DNA of 64,000 bases from NCBI GenBank assembly GCA_934120015.1, contig CAKOTD010000003.1, positions 3,921-67,920 on the forward strand, written 5' to 3'. This document shows positions 18,270-27,319 of the stretch, one piece after another; positions within the stretch are counted from its first letter, which is position 1, and every line of letters starts with the position of its first letter. The notes beneath the pieces were generated by a model. The model saw nothing but the letters and a program-made list of their open reading frames with translations. It was not told the DNA's origin and did no database searches. The position numbers and the translations under genes were made by a program. Source of the stretch: an uncultured Bacilli bacterium. Lineage in GTDB: Bacteria; Bacillota_I; Bacilli_A; RF39; UBA660.

Positions 18270-20219
18270 ATGGAAGAAAAGAAAAGTTTTTTTAACAAGT
18301 TTAAGATGCCTATTATTATAGGAATAAGTGCTGTTTTAGTTATTTTAATAATCTTACTTGTAGTACTTAACAAGGGTGGTAAGAAAAATTTAGCTAAAAT
18401 AGATAAAAAGGAAGATATTGCAAAGGTAAGCAATTTACTAAGTGTAAAATATGATGATATTGCATGTGTAAGTGGATGTGAATATTTTATAGCTTTATCA
18501 GGAGATGAACTAACTGGTAAAATTGATTTTTTAGACAAAAGTGGTAATAAAAAAGGTAATTTGGATTTATCAAAAATGGATCCAAAGTTAGTAGCAACTT
18601 TAGATATTGAAGAAATGACAGATAGTTATTATATTGTAAGTTATTCTGATTTAAAGGACTTTGATACAAAATATGCTGCTTATTCATATAACGGAAAACA
18701 ATTGATGACAGGAAGTGATATGGAAGCACTTACTGATAGTTATTTCCTAGTTACTATAGATGTTTTTGATACTGAAAAAGATATAATATATACATCAAAA
18801 GGTAAAGAAGCTTATAACGATGTAAAAAGTGTATATGTATATAATAATGAATATATTACATTTAAACAAAATGATGTAAGTAAGATAGTGGATAATAATG
18901 GTAAAGAGTTATTAAGTGGTTATAAATTATCAGATGCAATTATGGATGAAAATGATAATATTAAATACCTAATTGTTAAGAGTGATAGTGATAATGTTTA
19001 TAATTATTATGATATAAAGAGTAACTCTAAAAAAGGAGATGCTTTTACTAGTTATAGAAAAGATGAAAACAAAGTAATAATTACTAAAGATGTTAATTCT
19101 GAGAGAAAACAATTTGTTTTAGATGATAATGGAATGCAAAGTGAATATAAAGATGAAGATAATGATAGTGATGTTGATGTCAAAGATAATTATTATGAAG
19201 AAGTGAAGAATAACTTTGATAGTGAAAAATATCCGGCATTTGCTAAGGTTATTAAATCTGCAGATCAAAAATATATTTTAGTAAATGGTGAAGAAAATAA
19301 CTTTGGAATATTAAATGTTGATACAAGTGAATTTACTGAACTTGGTAAATATAAAGAAAATAGTAGCAAGAGATTAACTATAACTAATTTAAATAGTTCT
19401 GATAAATCTATTAATTCAATATTTGTTATAGAATGTTCAACTTACTATTGTGATTTTGATCAACAATATGTATATGATTTTTCTACTAATAAATTATTAA
19501 TTTCCCGTGGTCAGGATGAAACAAAGATTGATGATTTGTGCATATATGATGATGGATATATGGTAGTAGAAAATGAATATTCTTCTAATGAAGACTCTAG
19601 TATGTATATTTTATATGATAAAGATATGAATAAAATCTTAGAAAGTGATGATGATATTCAACTTATTGACAAATCTTTAAAATATTATACATATATATCT
19701 TCACTATATGGTAGTGTTAATTTATATAGCGTTAAAGACAGCAAGGTTTTAAATACAAATGGTAGCAAGTTATATGATATTGATTATATGACATTTAATG
19801 GTGAAAAGGTTTATTACTTCAATTCTGATAATAAATTAAATATTTTAAATTCTGATAATACTATTAGTAGTATTGAAGGTTCATTCAGGAAAAGTGACGA
19901 TGTTGGGTTATATTTAGTAGGAAATGATGGTAAAAAATTAATATATCATAATATGCTTACTGGTCAGTCTTCTAGTTATGAACTTAAGGAAAATGAATCT
20001 AATAATAGTTCTAATGCAACAGAAATGGTTCCATATAGAAATACTTATTTTATTAATAATTCGTATGATGTTTATATGAAAGTTGTAGGTTCTAATGGAA
20101 AGGATTTAATTAATAAAAAAGGATTACAAATATATAAAATTAAGAAAAAAGATAATGGAAGTGTAGTTATATTTGTAAAAGATAAAAATGATAAAATAGG
20201 TGCTTATATAGCTGAATAA
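18270..20219 (+). CDS. Membrane-anchored extracytoplasmic protein, function unknown
   Basis: Single N-terminal TM (IIIGISAVLVILIILLVVL), then 600 aa rich in D/N/K/Y that look beta-rich. Confidence 0.6.
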   Translation: MEEKKSFFNKFKMPIIIGISAVLVILIILLVVLNKGGKKNLAKIDKKEDIAKVSNLLSVKYDDIACVSGCEYFIALSGDELTGKIDFLDKSGNKKGNLDLSKMDPKLVATLDIEEMTDSYYIVSYSDLKDFDTKYAAYSYNGKQLMTGSDMEALTDSYFLVTIDVFDTEKDIIYTSKGKEAYNDVKSVYVYNNEYITFKQNDVSKIVDNNGKELLSGYKLSDAIMDENDNIKYLIVKSDSDNVYNYYDIKSNSKKGDAFTSYRKDENKVIITKDVNSERKQFVLDDNGMQSEYKDEDNDSDVDVKDNYYEEVKNNFDSEKYPAFAKVIKSADQKYILVNGEENNFGILNVDTSEFTELGKYKENSSKRLTITNLNSSDKSINSIFVIECSTYYCDFDQQYVYDFSTNKLLISRGQDETKIDDLCIYDDGYMVVENEYSSNEDSSMYILYDKDMNKILESDDDIQLIDKSLKYYTYISSLYGSVNLYSVKDSKVLNTNGSKLYDIDYMTFNGEKVYYFNSDNKLNILNSDNTISSIEGSFRKSDDVGLYLVGNDGKKLIYHNMLTGQSSSYELKENESNNSSNATEMVPYRNTYFINNSYDVYMKVVGSNGKDLINKKGLQIYKIKKKDNGSVVIFVKDKNDKIGAYIAE

Positions 20220-20253
20220 AGAGAAATAGAGAATTTTATTTCTCTTATTTTTT
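20220..20253 (+). terminator. Intrinsic terminator
   Basis: AGAGAAATA...TATTTCTCT stem followed by a T-run. Confidence 0.65.
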
Positions 20254-20254
20254 G

Positions 20255-20283
20255 TTGACTTACGAAAATATGTTCTATATAAT
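20255..20283 (+). promoter_or_regulatory. recG promoter TTGACT-N17-TATAAT
   Basis: Near-consensus hexamers with 17-bp spacing, 19 bp upstream of the recG ATG. Confidence 0.6.
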
Positions 20284-20301
20284 AATTATGAAGGTGATAA
20301 G

Positions 20302-22296
20302 ATGTTAGAATTAAGTGATATTAGAGGACTAGGTATTGCTGGTATAGCTAATCTAAAAAAACTAGGTATTAACAAATTAGAAGATTTAATTACATTTTAT
20401 CCATATAAATATAATTTAATTAAAAGAAGTGATATTAGTAGTTTAAATCAAGATGATAAGATTATTATTGATGGGAGACTAGAAAGTATTCCAAATGTAT
20501 ATTTTATAAATAGAAAAATGGACAAAATGACATTTAGAATTAATACTGGAAAAGTATTAATAAGTGTTGTTATTTTTAATAGAAGGTTTTTAAGAAATAG
20601 ATTATTAGTTAATACAGAAATTACTATAATTGGCAAATATGATAAGATGCATAATACCATAGTAGCAAGTGATATAAGATTTGGACTTCTCGGAAATGAA
20701 GCTAAAATAGAACCTGTGTATCATTTAGTATCCGGTATAACAAATAAAAAAATAGAGAATTATTTGTCACAAGTGTTTAATAGTAATATAAATATCAAGA
20801 ATAATATTCCAATTTATTTTATTCAAAAATATAATTTTCAGGATAAGATAAATACTATTAAATGCTTACATTTCCCAACTAGTTTAGATTTATTAAATAG
20901 AAGTATTGTTCAGCTAAAATATGAAGAATTATTTATATTTATGTTAAAAATGTCATATTTAAAAGATAGAAGAAAAAATCTTAATGGAATTAAAAGAGAT
21001 ATTTCATATAAAGATGTAGGCAAATTTATTAATTCTTTATCATTTAAATTAACAACTGATCAAACTATAGCAATAGAACAGATATACCAAGATATGATAA
21101 GTGATAAGATTATGAATAGATTGTTGCAAGGGGATGTTGGTAGTGGAAAAACTATAGTTTCCTTTTGTGCTATATACATGAATTATTTAAGCAATTATCA
21201 AAGTACTTTAATGGCTCCAACAGAAATACTTGCGGTGCAGCATTATAATAATATAAAAAAGGTATTTGAAAACTATAATATAAAAATAGAACTTATCACT
21301 GGTAAAACAAAGATGCAGGAAAAAAGAAAAATATATGAAGAATTAGAAAGTGGAAGAATTGATGTTTTGATTGGAACCCATGCTCTACTTAATGAAGAAA
21401 TAAGGTATAAAAAGTTAGGCTTAGTTATTACTGATGAGCAACATCGCTTTGGTGTTAATCAAAGGGGAATATTAAAAGATAAAGGAAATAATCCTGATAT
21501 TTTATATATGAGTGCAACACCAATACCAAGGACGTATGCACTTACTCTATATGGTGATATGGATATATCAAATATTAAAACTATGCCCGGTGGTAGAAAG
21601 ATAGTTGAAACATATGTAAAAAAAGAAGAGGAAATAAAAGATGTGTTAATGATGATGTATGGTCAACTAAGGGAAAATCATCAAATATATGTAGTTGCTC
21701 CATTAGTAGAAGAAAATGAAAATAATGATATGGAAAATGTTAATGATTTATATGATAAAATGAATAGAGCCTTTGGTAAAAAATATAACATTGGGATATT
21801 ACATGGAAAGTTAAAAAATAGTGAAAAAGAAGATATTATGAATAGATTTAAAAATAATGAAATTCAAGTATTGGTAGCAACTACTGTTATAGAAGTTGGC
21901 ATAGATGTTGGTAATGCTACTATGATTGTTATATTTGATGCTTATAGGTTCGGATTATCTACTCTTCATCAATTAAGGGGAAGAGTTGGTAGAAATGACT
22001 TACAATCTTATTGTATATTAGTAAGTGATAGAGAAACAAAAAGATTACAAATATTAAGTGAGACTAATGATGGATTTAAGATTAGTGAAGAGGATTTTTT
22101 ATTAAGAGGTAGTGGAGATATTTTTGGTGTAAGGCAAAGTGGAGATATGAATTTTAGATTATCTAATATTAAGAAAGATTATAAGCTACTTTTAAAGGTT
22201 AAAGATGATGTAGAATATTTTATGAATAATGAGGTTAATAAGTTTGAAAATATGTATTTTACAGAGTTGATGAATGCAACTATTAATTTGAATTAA
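20302..22296 (+). CDS. recG: ATP-dependent DNA helicase RecG
   Basis: Wedge/OB N-domain, GDVGSGKT, DEQHRFG, LHQLRGRVGR. Confidence 0.94.
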   Translation: MLELSDIRGLGIAGIANLKKLGINKLEDLITFYPYKYNLIKRSDISSLNQDDKIIIDGRLESIPNVYFINRKMDKMTFRINTGKVLISVVIFNRRFLRNRLLVNTEITIIGKYDKMHNTIVASDIRFGLLGNEAKIEPVYHLVSGITNKKIENYLSQVFNSNINIKNNIPIYFIQKYNFQDKINTIKCLHFPTSLDLLNRSIVQLKYEELFIFMLKMSYLKDRRKNLNGIKRDISYKDVGKFINSLSFKLTTDQTIAIEQIYQDMISDKIMNRLLQGDVGSGKTIVSFCAIYMNYLSNYQSTLMAPTEILAVQHYNNIKKVFENYNIKIELITGKTKMQEKRKIYEELESGRIDVLIGTHALLNEEIRYKKLGLVITDEQHRFGVNQRGILKDKGNNPDILYMSATPIPRTYALTLYGDMDISNIKTMPGGRKIVETYVKKEEEIKDVLMMMYGQLRENHQIYVVAPLVEENENNDMENVNDLYDKMNRAFGKKYNIGILHGKLKNSEKEDIMNRFKNNEIQVLVATTVIEVGIDVGNATMIVIFDAYRFGLSTLHQLRGRVGRNDLQSYCILVSDRETKRLQILSETNDGFKISEEDFLLRGSGDIFGVRQSGDMNFRLSNIKKDYKLLLKVKDDVEYFMNNEVNKFENMYFTELMNATINLN

Positions 22297-22305
22297 AAAT
22301 TGTTC

Positions 22306-22335
22306 TTGACAACAAATAATGTTTCAATATATAAT
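22306..22335 (+). promoter_or_regulatory. Consensus promoter TTGACA-N18-TATAAT directly after the recG stop
   Basis: -35 at 22306-22311 and -10 at 22330-22335. No ORF follows. Confidence 0.6.
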
Positions 22336-22341
22336 TATAAT

Positions 22342-22434
22342 AGCGTGATAGTAGTCACGCAGAAGTACTAACGGCTTAATTGTTAGTACTAAAAACCCCC
22401 TGAAGGACCTCGAAAGAGGTCCATTTTGTTTGTT
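22342..22434 (+). ncRNA. Candidate ~90-nt small RNA with three hairpins (unidentified family), upstream of the Abi_2 HEPN gene
   Basis: Hairpins GCGTGA-TAGTAG-TCACGC (22344-22360) and GTACTAAC-N9-GTTAGTAC (22365-22389), plus the terminator GGACCTC-GAAA-GAGGTCC followed by ATTTTGTTTGTTT (22405-22434). No coding potential. Confidence 0.5.
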
Positions 22435-22556
22435 TGAATTTAAAAAAGTTTAGAGTAGTAACATAAATAATTAAATGAATTTGTATAAGTTTGATAAAAA
22501 TTATTAAGTTTGGTATCTAAGTTGTACTTTTTAATTAAAATACCACAATCAATTGA
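22396..22556 (+). repeat. Direct repeat copy A (~161 bp), starting at the sRNA terminator
   Basis: The first 63 nt are identical to 23991-24053, with progressive divergence after that. Confidence 0.9.
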
Positions 22557-22649
22557 CTTCTGTGGTAAATTATTAAAATTTTATTAAATGTTCATAATAT
22601 ATCGGAATTATTATGATATACTATATGTACTGATAAGAAGGTGAAGTAC

Positions 22650-23657
22650 ATGGATAATAATACTAAAAATTTAATTTTTTTAAGACCTATGATGAATATA
22701 TCAGAAATGGTTCCATATTTAAAACAAAAAAATATAAAATTTGATTTGATTTCTGAAGAAGATGCGGAAACTTATTTAAAATACAATAATAATTATTATA
22801 ATGTAACTGCATATAAACATAATTTTCAAAAATATCCATCTCCTGCTGGAAAATATGAAGGACTATATCAAGATTTAGATTTTGTATATTTAAAGGATAT
22901 GGCAATTATTGATCATAGCACAAGATTATTATTATTTAAAATGATAATTGATATTGAACATTATTTAAAAATAAAAATATTAAATACAATAGAAATGATA
23001 CAAGAAGAGGATGGATATAAAATAGTTAATTTGTATTTGGAAAAAGATTTCAACGATGAAAAGTTTCCTAAAAGAGTTCATAATAGTATTTTTAAAAAGG
23101 TAGGTAATGAGTATTATCAAAAAATATTTTCCAAATATGATGTTGATAAAGATAAAAAGTTAGAAAATATACCAATATGGGAATTCCTTGAAATTATTAC
23201 ATTCGGTGAATTAGTTAATTTTTATGATTTTTACACTAAAGAATATAATTTAGTTGATGAAAATAGAGATGTATATATATTGAGGGATATTGTAAAATTA
23301 AGAAATGCTGTTGCACATAATACATGTGTATTAAGTGAATTAAATAAGAAAGATAATGATTATCCGGCATCATATAAAATTGTGCAATATTTAAAAGATT
23401 GTAATATAGGAAAAGTAACAAGAAATAATAAGCTTAGTAACTCAAGAATTAGGCAAATTACATATACGCTTTATATGTTTAATGAAATAGTAACAAGTGA
23501 TGGTATAAAAGAAAATGTAAATAAAGAAATAAATAAATTATTTTTTGATAGAATAATTTTACACAAAGAATATTATAATAATAATGAACTATTAAAGTCA
23601 ATATATTCATATTTCAAAAATATAATTGAAAAAAATTATGTGAATGTTGATAAATAG
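22650..23657 (+). CDS. Abi_2 (AbiD/AbiF-type) abortive-infection protein with a HEPN Rx4H motif
   Basis: YLKDMAIIDHSTRLLLFKMIIDIEHYLK, ITFGELVNFY, and LRNAVAH (23301-23318). The ATG at 22650 has a better RBS than the GTG at 22641. Confidence 0.8.
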   Translation: MDNNTKNLIFLRPMMNISEMVPYLKQKNIKFDLISEEDAETYLKYNNNYYNVTAYKHNFQKYPSPAGKYEGLYQDLDFVYLKDMAIIDHSTRLLLFKMIIDIEHYLKIKILNTIEMIQEEDGYKIVNLYLEKDFNDEKFPKRVHNSIFKKVGNEYYQKIFSKYDVDKDKKLENIPIWEFLEIITFGELVNFYDFYTKEYNLVDENRDVYILRDIVKLRNAVAHNTCVLSELNKKDNDYPASYKIVQYLKDCNIGKVTRNNKLSNSRIRQITYTLYMFNEIVTSDGIKENVNKEINKLFFDRIILHKEYYNNNELLKSIYSYFKNIIEKNYVNVDK

Positions 23658-23658
23658 T

Positions 23659-23688
23659 TTGACATAAATATATATTTTATGATATATT
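23659..23688 (+). promoter_or_regulatory. Outward-facing promoter TTGACA-N18-(TG-n)-TATATT immediately after the abi stop
   Basis: -35 at 23659-23664 and extended -10 at 23680-23688. It reads into ~870 bp with no convincing ORF. Confidence 0.5.
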
Positions 23689-23694
23689 ATTTAT

Positions 23695-23755
23695 GCAAGA
23701 AAAAAACGTTAAATCGTTTTTGCAAGGGCACTATCTAACGGTGGAGCCCTATTTT
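23695..23755 (+). ncRNA. Candidate short structured transcript, which may instead read through to the terminator at 24000-24029
   Basis: AAAAACG-TTAAAT-CGTTTTT hairpin, then GGGC...GCCC followed by TATTTTTA. Confidence 0.3.
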
Positions 23756-23990
23756 TATGCATAAAATTGAATTTATAGAATAAAAAATTGGAAAAACTTT
23801 TAGATAAATATTTGTAGAACGAGAATCTTAAAAACTTCAGTTTATAAATTTTCTAGATACCAAAACTAGATACTAAATATCAAAAATAAAGTTATTTTTA
23901 TAAACTGTAATAAATTGTGATAAAAGAAAAAGCCTTATTTTGTAATACTTTAACTATTTGTTAAATTGTTACGAACTGATAATAATATTT

Positions 23991-24155
23991 CCCCCTGAAG
24001 GACCTCGAAAGAGGTCCATTTTGTTTGTTTGAATTTAAAAAAGTTTAGAGTAGCAACATAAATAATTAAATAAATAAATTTGTATAAGTTTAATAAAGAT
24101 TACTAATTTTGGCATCTACGTCATGGTCTTTAATTAAAATGACACAATTAATTGA
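23991..24155 (+). repeat. Direct repeat copy B (~165 bp), including a second copy of the terminator hairpin
   Basis: Aligns with 22396-22556. Terminator GGACCTC-GAAA-GAGGTCC at 24000-24017. Confidence 0.9.
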
Positions 24156-24530
24156 AATATTACTATAATGTAGAGCAAGTTTTGTTAAATAGTATAATAG
24201 ATAAATAATAATTGGATTAAAATACATAAATGAAAATGTTGAAAAGGTAAATTTGTCAAGAAAAGTATTTCAATGTTATCATTATCAAAATAGTGAGATG
24301 ATATAATTTTGGCGGAACTCAATTTATGGGAGAAAAATTTGTGTATTTTGATGAATAAAACGATAATTAACAAAATGAATAGTAAGTAAAATTTTACCTC
24401 TATTCAGTGTGGAATTTACTTTTACAAGTGAGTTTAACATTTAATTTTCGACAATATTTGATACTAATTGTTCCAAAATGGAAATTATATGTTATAATAT
24501 ATTTATGTAAAAGACTAGAGGGATAAGTCT

Positions 24531-25046
24531 ATGGAAAAAAGGAAGTCAATAGATATTATTATAGGTTCAAATATGGGTAAGTTGAGAAACAAATTTAATT
24601 TAACCCAAAGGGAAATTTGTTGTGCAGTTGGGGTTAATGCATCGACCTATAAACATTATGAACTTGGTGATAGAATGGTACCTATTAGTGTATTGCAAGA
24701 TTTGGCTAAATTTTATAAAGTATCTACTAATTATTTTTTTGGAAATATGTTAGACTTATTAGATAAAGAATCTAATTATACTTTGACGGTTGTTGATAAT
24801 ATGGATTCCAAACAAATAGATAAGTTTTATAAGCAATTTGAAGAGAAAATACAAATAAGAGTTAGATTTAGAATAAAGAATTTGAGATTAGAAAACAATA
24901 AATCACAAAAAGATATAGCAGAGTATTTAGAAGTTGATTTATCTACTTATAACAAATATGAAAAAGGGCGTAGAAAAATAAATAATGAAGTAATTAAAAA
25001 TTTGGCTGAATATTATGATGTATCAGTAAGTGATATAATTGATTAA
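24531..25046 (+). CDS. XRE-family regulator with two HTH_3 domains (candidate controller of the R-M operon)
   Basis: Two Cro/C1-type HTH units: LTQREICCAVGVNASTYKHYELG and KSQKDIAEYLEVDLSTYNKYEKG. Confidence 0.8.
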   Translation: MEKRKSIDIIIGSNMGKLRNKFNLTQREICCAVGVNASTYKHYELGDRMVPISVLQDLAKFYKVSTNYFFGNMLDLLDKESNYTLTVVDNMDSKQIDKFYKQFEEKIQIRVRFRIKNLRLENNKSQKDIAEYLEVDLSTYNKYEKGRRKINNEVIKNLAEYYDVSVSDIID

Positions 25047-25099
25047 TAATTGACGTTATATCTTGGGTTAATGTCACATCGGCACTAGGAGGAAGTAAT

Positions 25100-26218
25100 A
25101 TGAAAGGATTATCATTATTTGCTAATGTAGGTATTGCAGAGACGTTTTTAGACAAGTTAGGTATTAACATTGTATTAGCAAATGAATTATTAGAAAATAG
25201 ATGTAAATTTTATAAGCATTGTCATCCAGATACTAGAGTTATATGTGGAAATATTACAGATCTAGATACTTATAATATGGTAATTAGTCTTGCAAGAAAA
25301 GAGAATATAGAATTTATAATAGCTACACCGCCATGCCAAGGAATGAGCTTAGCTGGAACGAAAGATCCGCTTGATCCAAGAAATTCATTGGTTAAATACG
25401 CTATAGATGCAATTTTAGATATTAAACCTAAATATGCATTACTTGAAAATGTTGTTCAGCAATTGAAGACACCAATTGAATATGAAAACGAAACTCTTTT
25501 AATTCCTGAATATATAAGAAGAAGATTAGAAAATGATTATTACATAAATAAAAATCAAATAATAAATTCTATGGATTATGGTGTTCCACAGAATAGACAA
25601 AGAGCAATATTCTTATTTTCGAGAAAAGATACAAACATTAAATGGGAATTTCCTAAAAAACATGAAAAAGTTGTTACATTAAAAGAGGCCATAGGTGATT
25701 TACCATCTCTTGATCCTTTAATTAAGGAAGAAAATATGAGACATATTTTCCCCGAATATGAATTAAAAAGACAAAAAGGGCTGCTTGTAAGTAAATATCA
25801 TTATTCAAAGATGGCACCATGGAGGCAAGTTGAGGCTATGATGCATACAGCGACTGGTAAATCAGCTTTTGAAAATGATTTTTATTATCCTAAAAATATA
25901 GATGGAAAAAAGATTAAAGGAGGAGCCTATACATATATGAGAATGGATTGGAATAAGCCTGCACCAACAGTGACGATGTATAATGGCTCAATCTCTTCTT
26001 TTACTAATGTTCATCCAGGAAGAAGACTTAGTGATGGGACGTATAGTGATGCTAGAGTATTATCACTATATGAATTGTTTATCGTAACATCTCTGCCTAA
26101 AGATTGGAATCCACCAGAATGGGCAAGTGAAAATTTTATAAGGCAAGTAATTGGTGAGGGAATTCCACCATTGTTAATAAAGGAAATAGTTAAAACAATT
26201 ATGGAGGAGGTTAAATGA
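25100..26218 (+). CDS. DNA (cytosine-5) methyltransferase, LlaJI M1-like
   Basis: PPCQGMS (motif IV), LLENV (motif VI), QNRQRAIF (motif VIII). Paralogous to the next gene. Confidence 0.88.
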   Translation: MKGLSLFANVGIAETFLDKLGINIVLANELLENRCKFYKHCHPDTRVICGNITDLDTYNMVISLARKENIEFIIATPPCQGMSLAGTKDPLDPRNSLVKYAIDAILDIKPKYALLENVVQQLKTPIEYENETLLIPEYIRRRLENDYYINKNQIINSMDYGVPQNRQRAIFLFSRKDTNIKWEFPKKHEKVVTLKEAIGDLPSLDPLIKEENMRHIFPEYELKRQKGLLVSKYHYSKMAPWRQVEAMMHTATGKSAFENDFYYPKNIDGKKIKGGAYTYMRMDWNKPAPTVTMYNGSISSFTNVHPGRRLSDGTYSDARVLSLYELFIVTSLPKDWNPPEWASENFIRQVIGEGIPPLLIKEIVKTIMEEVK

Positions 26219-27318
26219 TGAAGGCAGTCTCTTTATTTGCAAATGTTGGTATAGCAGAAACATATTTTAAAGATATCAATATAGATGTGATTGTTGCAAA
26301 TGAATTACTTGAAGACAGAGCAAAGTTCTATAAACATTTATATCCCTCTACAAATATGATAGTTGGTGATATAACCAGTAAAAAAATATTTGATGAAGTT
26401 GTTAACTGTACTATTAATGAGAATGTTGATTTACTGATTGCCACTCCGCCGTGTCAAGGTATGAGTGTTGCCGGGAATAGAGATCCATATGATGAAAGGA
26501 ATACTTTAATAAAATATGCAGTTGATTATGCATTAATTATAAAGCCAAGATATATATTTTTTGAAAATGTTATTCAACAGTTGAAAACGCCTATTGAATA
26601 TCAAAATATAATAATGTCTATACCAGAATATATTGAAAAGCGTTTGGGGAAAGAATATTTTATTAATGATGAGAAAGTTATTAATGCAATGGATTATGGG
26701 GTCCCTCAAAATAGAAAAAGAGCAATATTTCTTTTAACAAGAAGGGATCAAAGTAAAAGATGGATATTCCCTGAAAAGGATGGTCACATCATTACATTGA
26801 AAGAAGCAATTGGAAATTTACCATCTCTTAATCCAATAATTAGAGAAAAAGATTTTAGATATAAACTTAATACAAGCAATATTAAATTATTTCATCCATG
26901 GCATAAACCACCAACTCATGCATGGAGACATGTAGAGTGTATGATTCATACTCCTACAGGACACTCTGCATGGGAAAGTAAGGAATATTGTCCTAAAAAA
27001 GTTGATGGGACACCATCGAAAGGATATAATACAACATATCATAGAATGGATTGGGACAAGCCAGCTCCCACTGTAACTAGATATAATGGAGTGATGGGAT
27101 CTCAAATGAATGTTCATCCGGGTAGGAAGCTTAAAGATGGAACATACAGTGATCCAAGAGTTTTAACTATTTATGAATTAATGAAAATTTCTTCATTACC
27201 AGATGATTGGAATCCACCTGAATGGGCAAGTGATAATCTTATAAGATATGTAATTGGTGAAGGTATACCACCGCTAATGGTAAAAAAAATAATGGAACAA
27301 ATTTCAAAGGAGGATTGA
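26215..27318 (+). CDS. DNA (cytosine-5) methyltransferase, LlaJI M2-like
   Basis: PPCQGMS, FFENV, QNRKRAIF. 4-nt overlap with M1. Confidence 0.88.
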   Translation: MMKAVSLFANVGIAETYFKDINIDVIVANELLEDRAKFYKHLYPSTNMIVGDITSKKIFDEVVNCTINENVDLLIATPPCQGMSVAGNRDPYDERNTLIKYAVDYALIIKPRYIFFENVIQQLKTPIEYQNIIMSIPEYIEKRLGKEYFINDEKVINAMDYGVPQNRKRAIFLLTRRDQSKRWIFPEKDGHIITLKEAIGNLPSLNPIIREKDFRYKLNTSNIKLFHPWHKPPTHAWRHVECMIHTPTGHSAWESKEYCPKKVDGTPSKGYNTTYHRMDWDKPAPTVTRYNGVMGSQMNVHPGRKLKDGTYSDPRVLTIYELMKISSLPDDWNPPEWASDNLIRYVIGEGIPPLMVKKIMEQISKED

Positions 27319-27319
27319 A

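Noticed and set aside
18215-18729. Minus-strand ORFs 18215-18538 and 18487-18729, plus other short antisense or internal ORFs (8264-8515, 11910-12252, 15230-15427, 20448-20660, 22687-22905, 23236-23421, 26887-27117, 29816-30016, 30211-30417, 32880-33188, 34451-34669, 36077-36286, 38133-38456, 38859-39074, 40373-40645, 54340-54573, 56526-56867, 57885-58100, 58410-58661)
   Set aside because: All lie within longer ORFs that carry clear family motifs or better coding features. They lack RBSs and give low-complexity translations, as expected by chance in AT-rich DNA.
22446-22470. GTTTAGAGTAG... inside the direct repeats superficially resembles the start of a CRISPR repeat or tracr-like element
   Set aside because: Only two copies exist, 1.6 kb apart, as part of 160-bp repeats. 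There is no short repeat-spacer periodicity and no cas genes, so this is not a CRISPR array.
24185-24373. 62-aa minus-strand ORF in the abi-XRE spacer
   Set aside because: There is no RBS, the composition is typical of random AT-rich sequence, and no motif is present. It is kept only as part of the non-coding region discussed in the findings.
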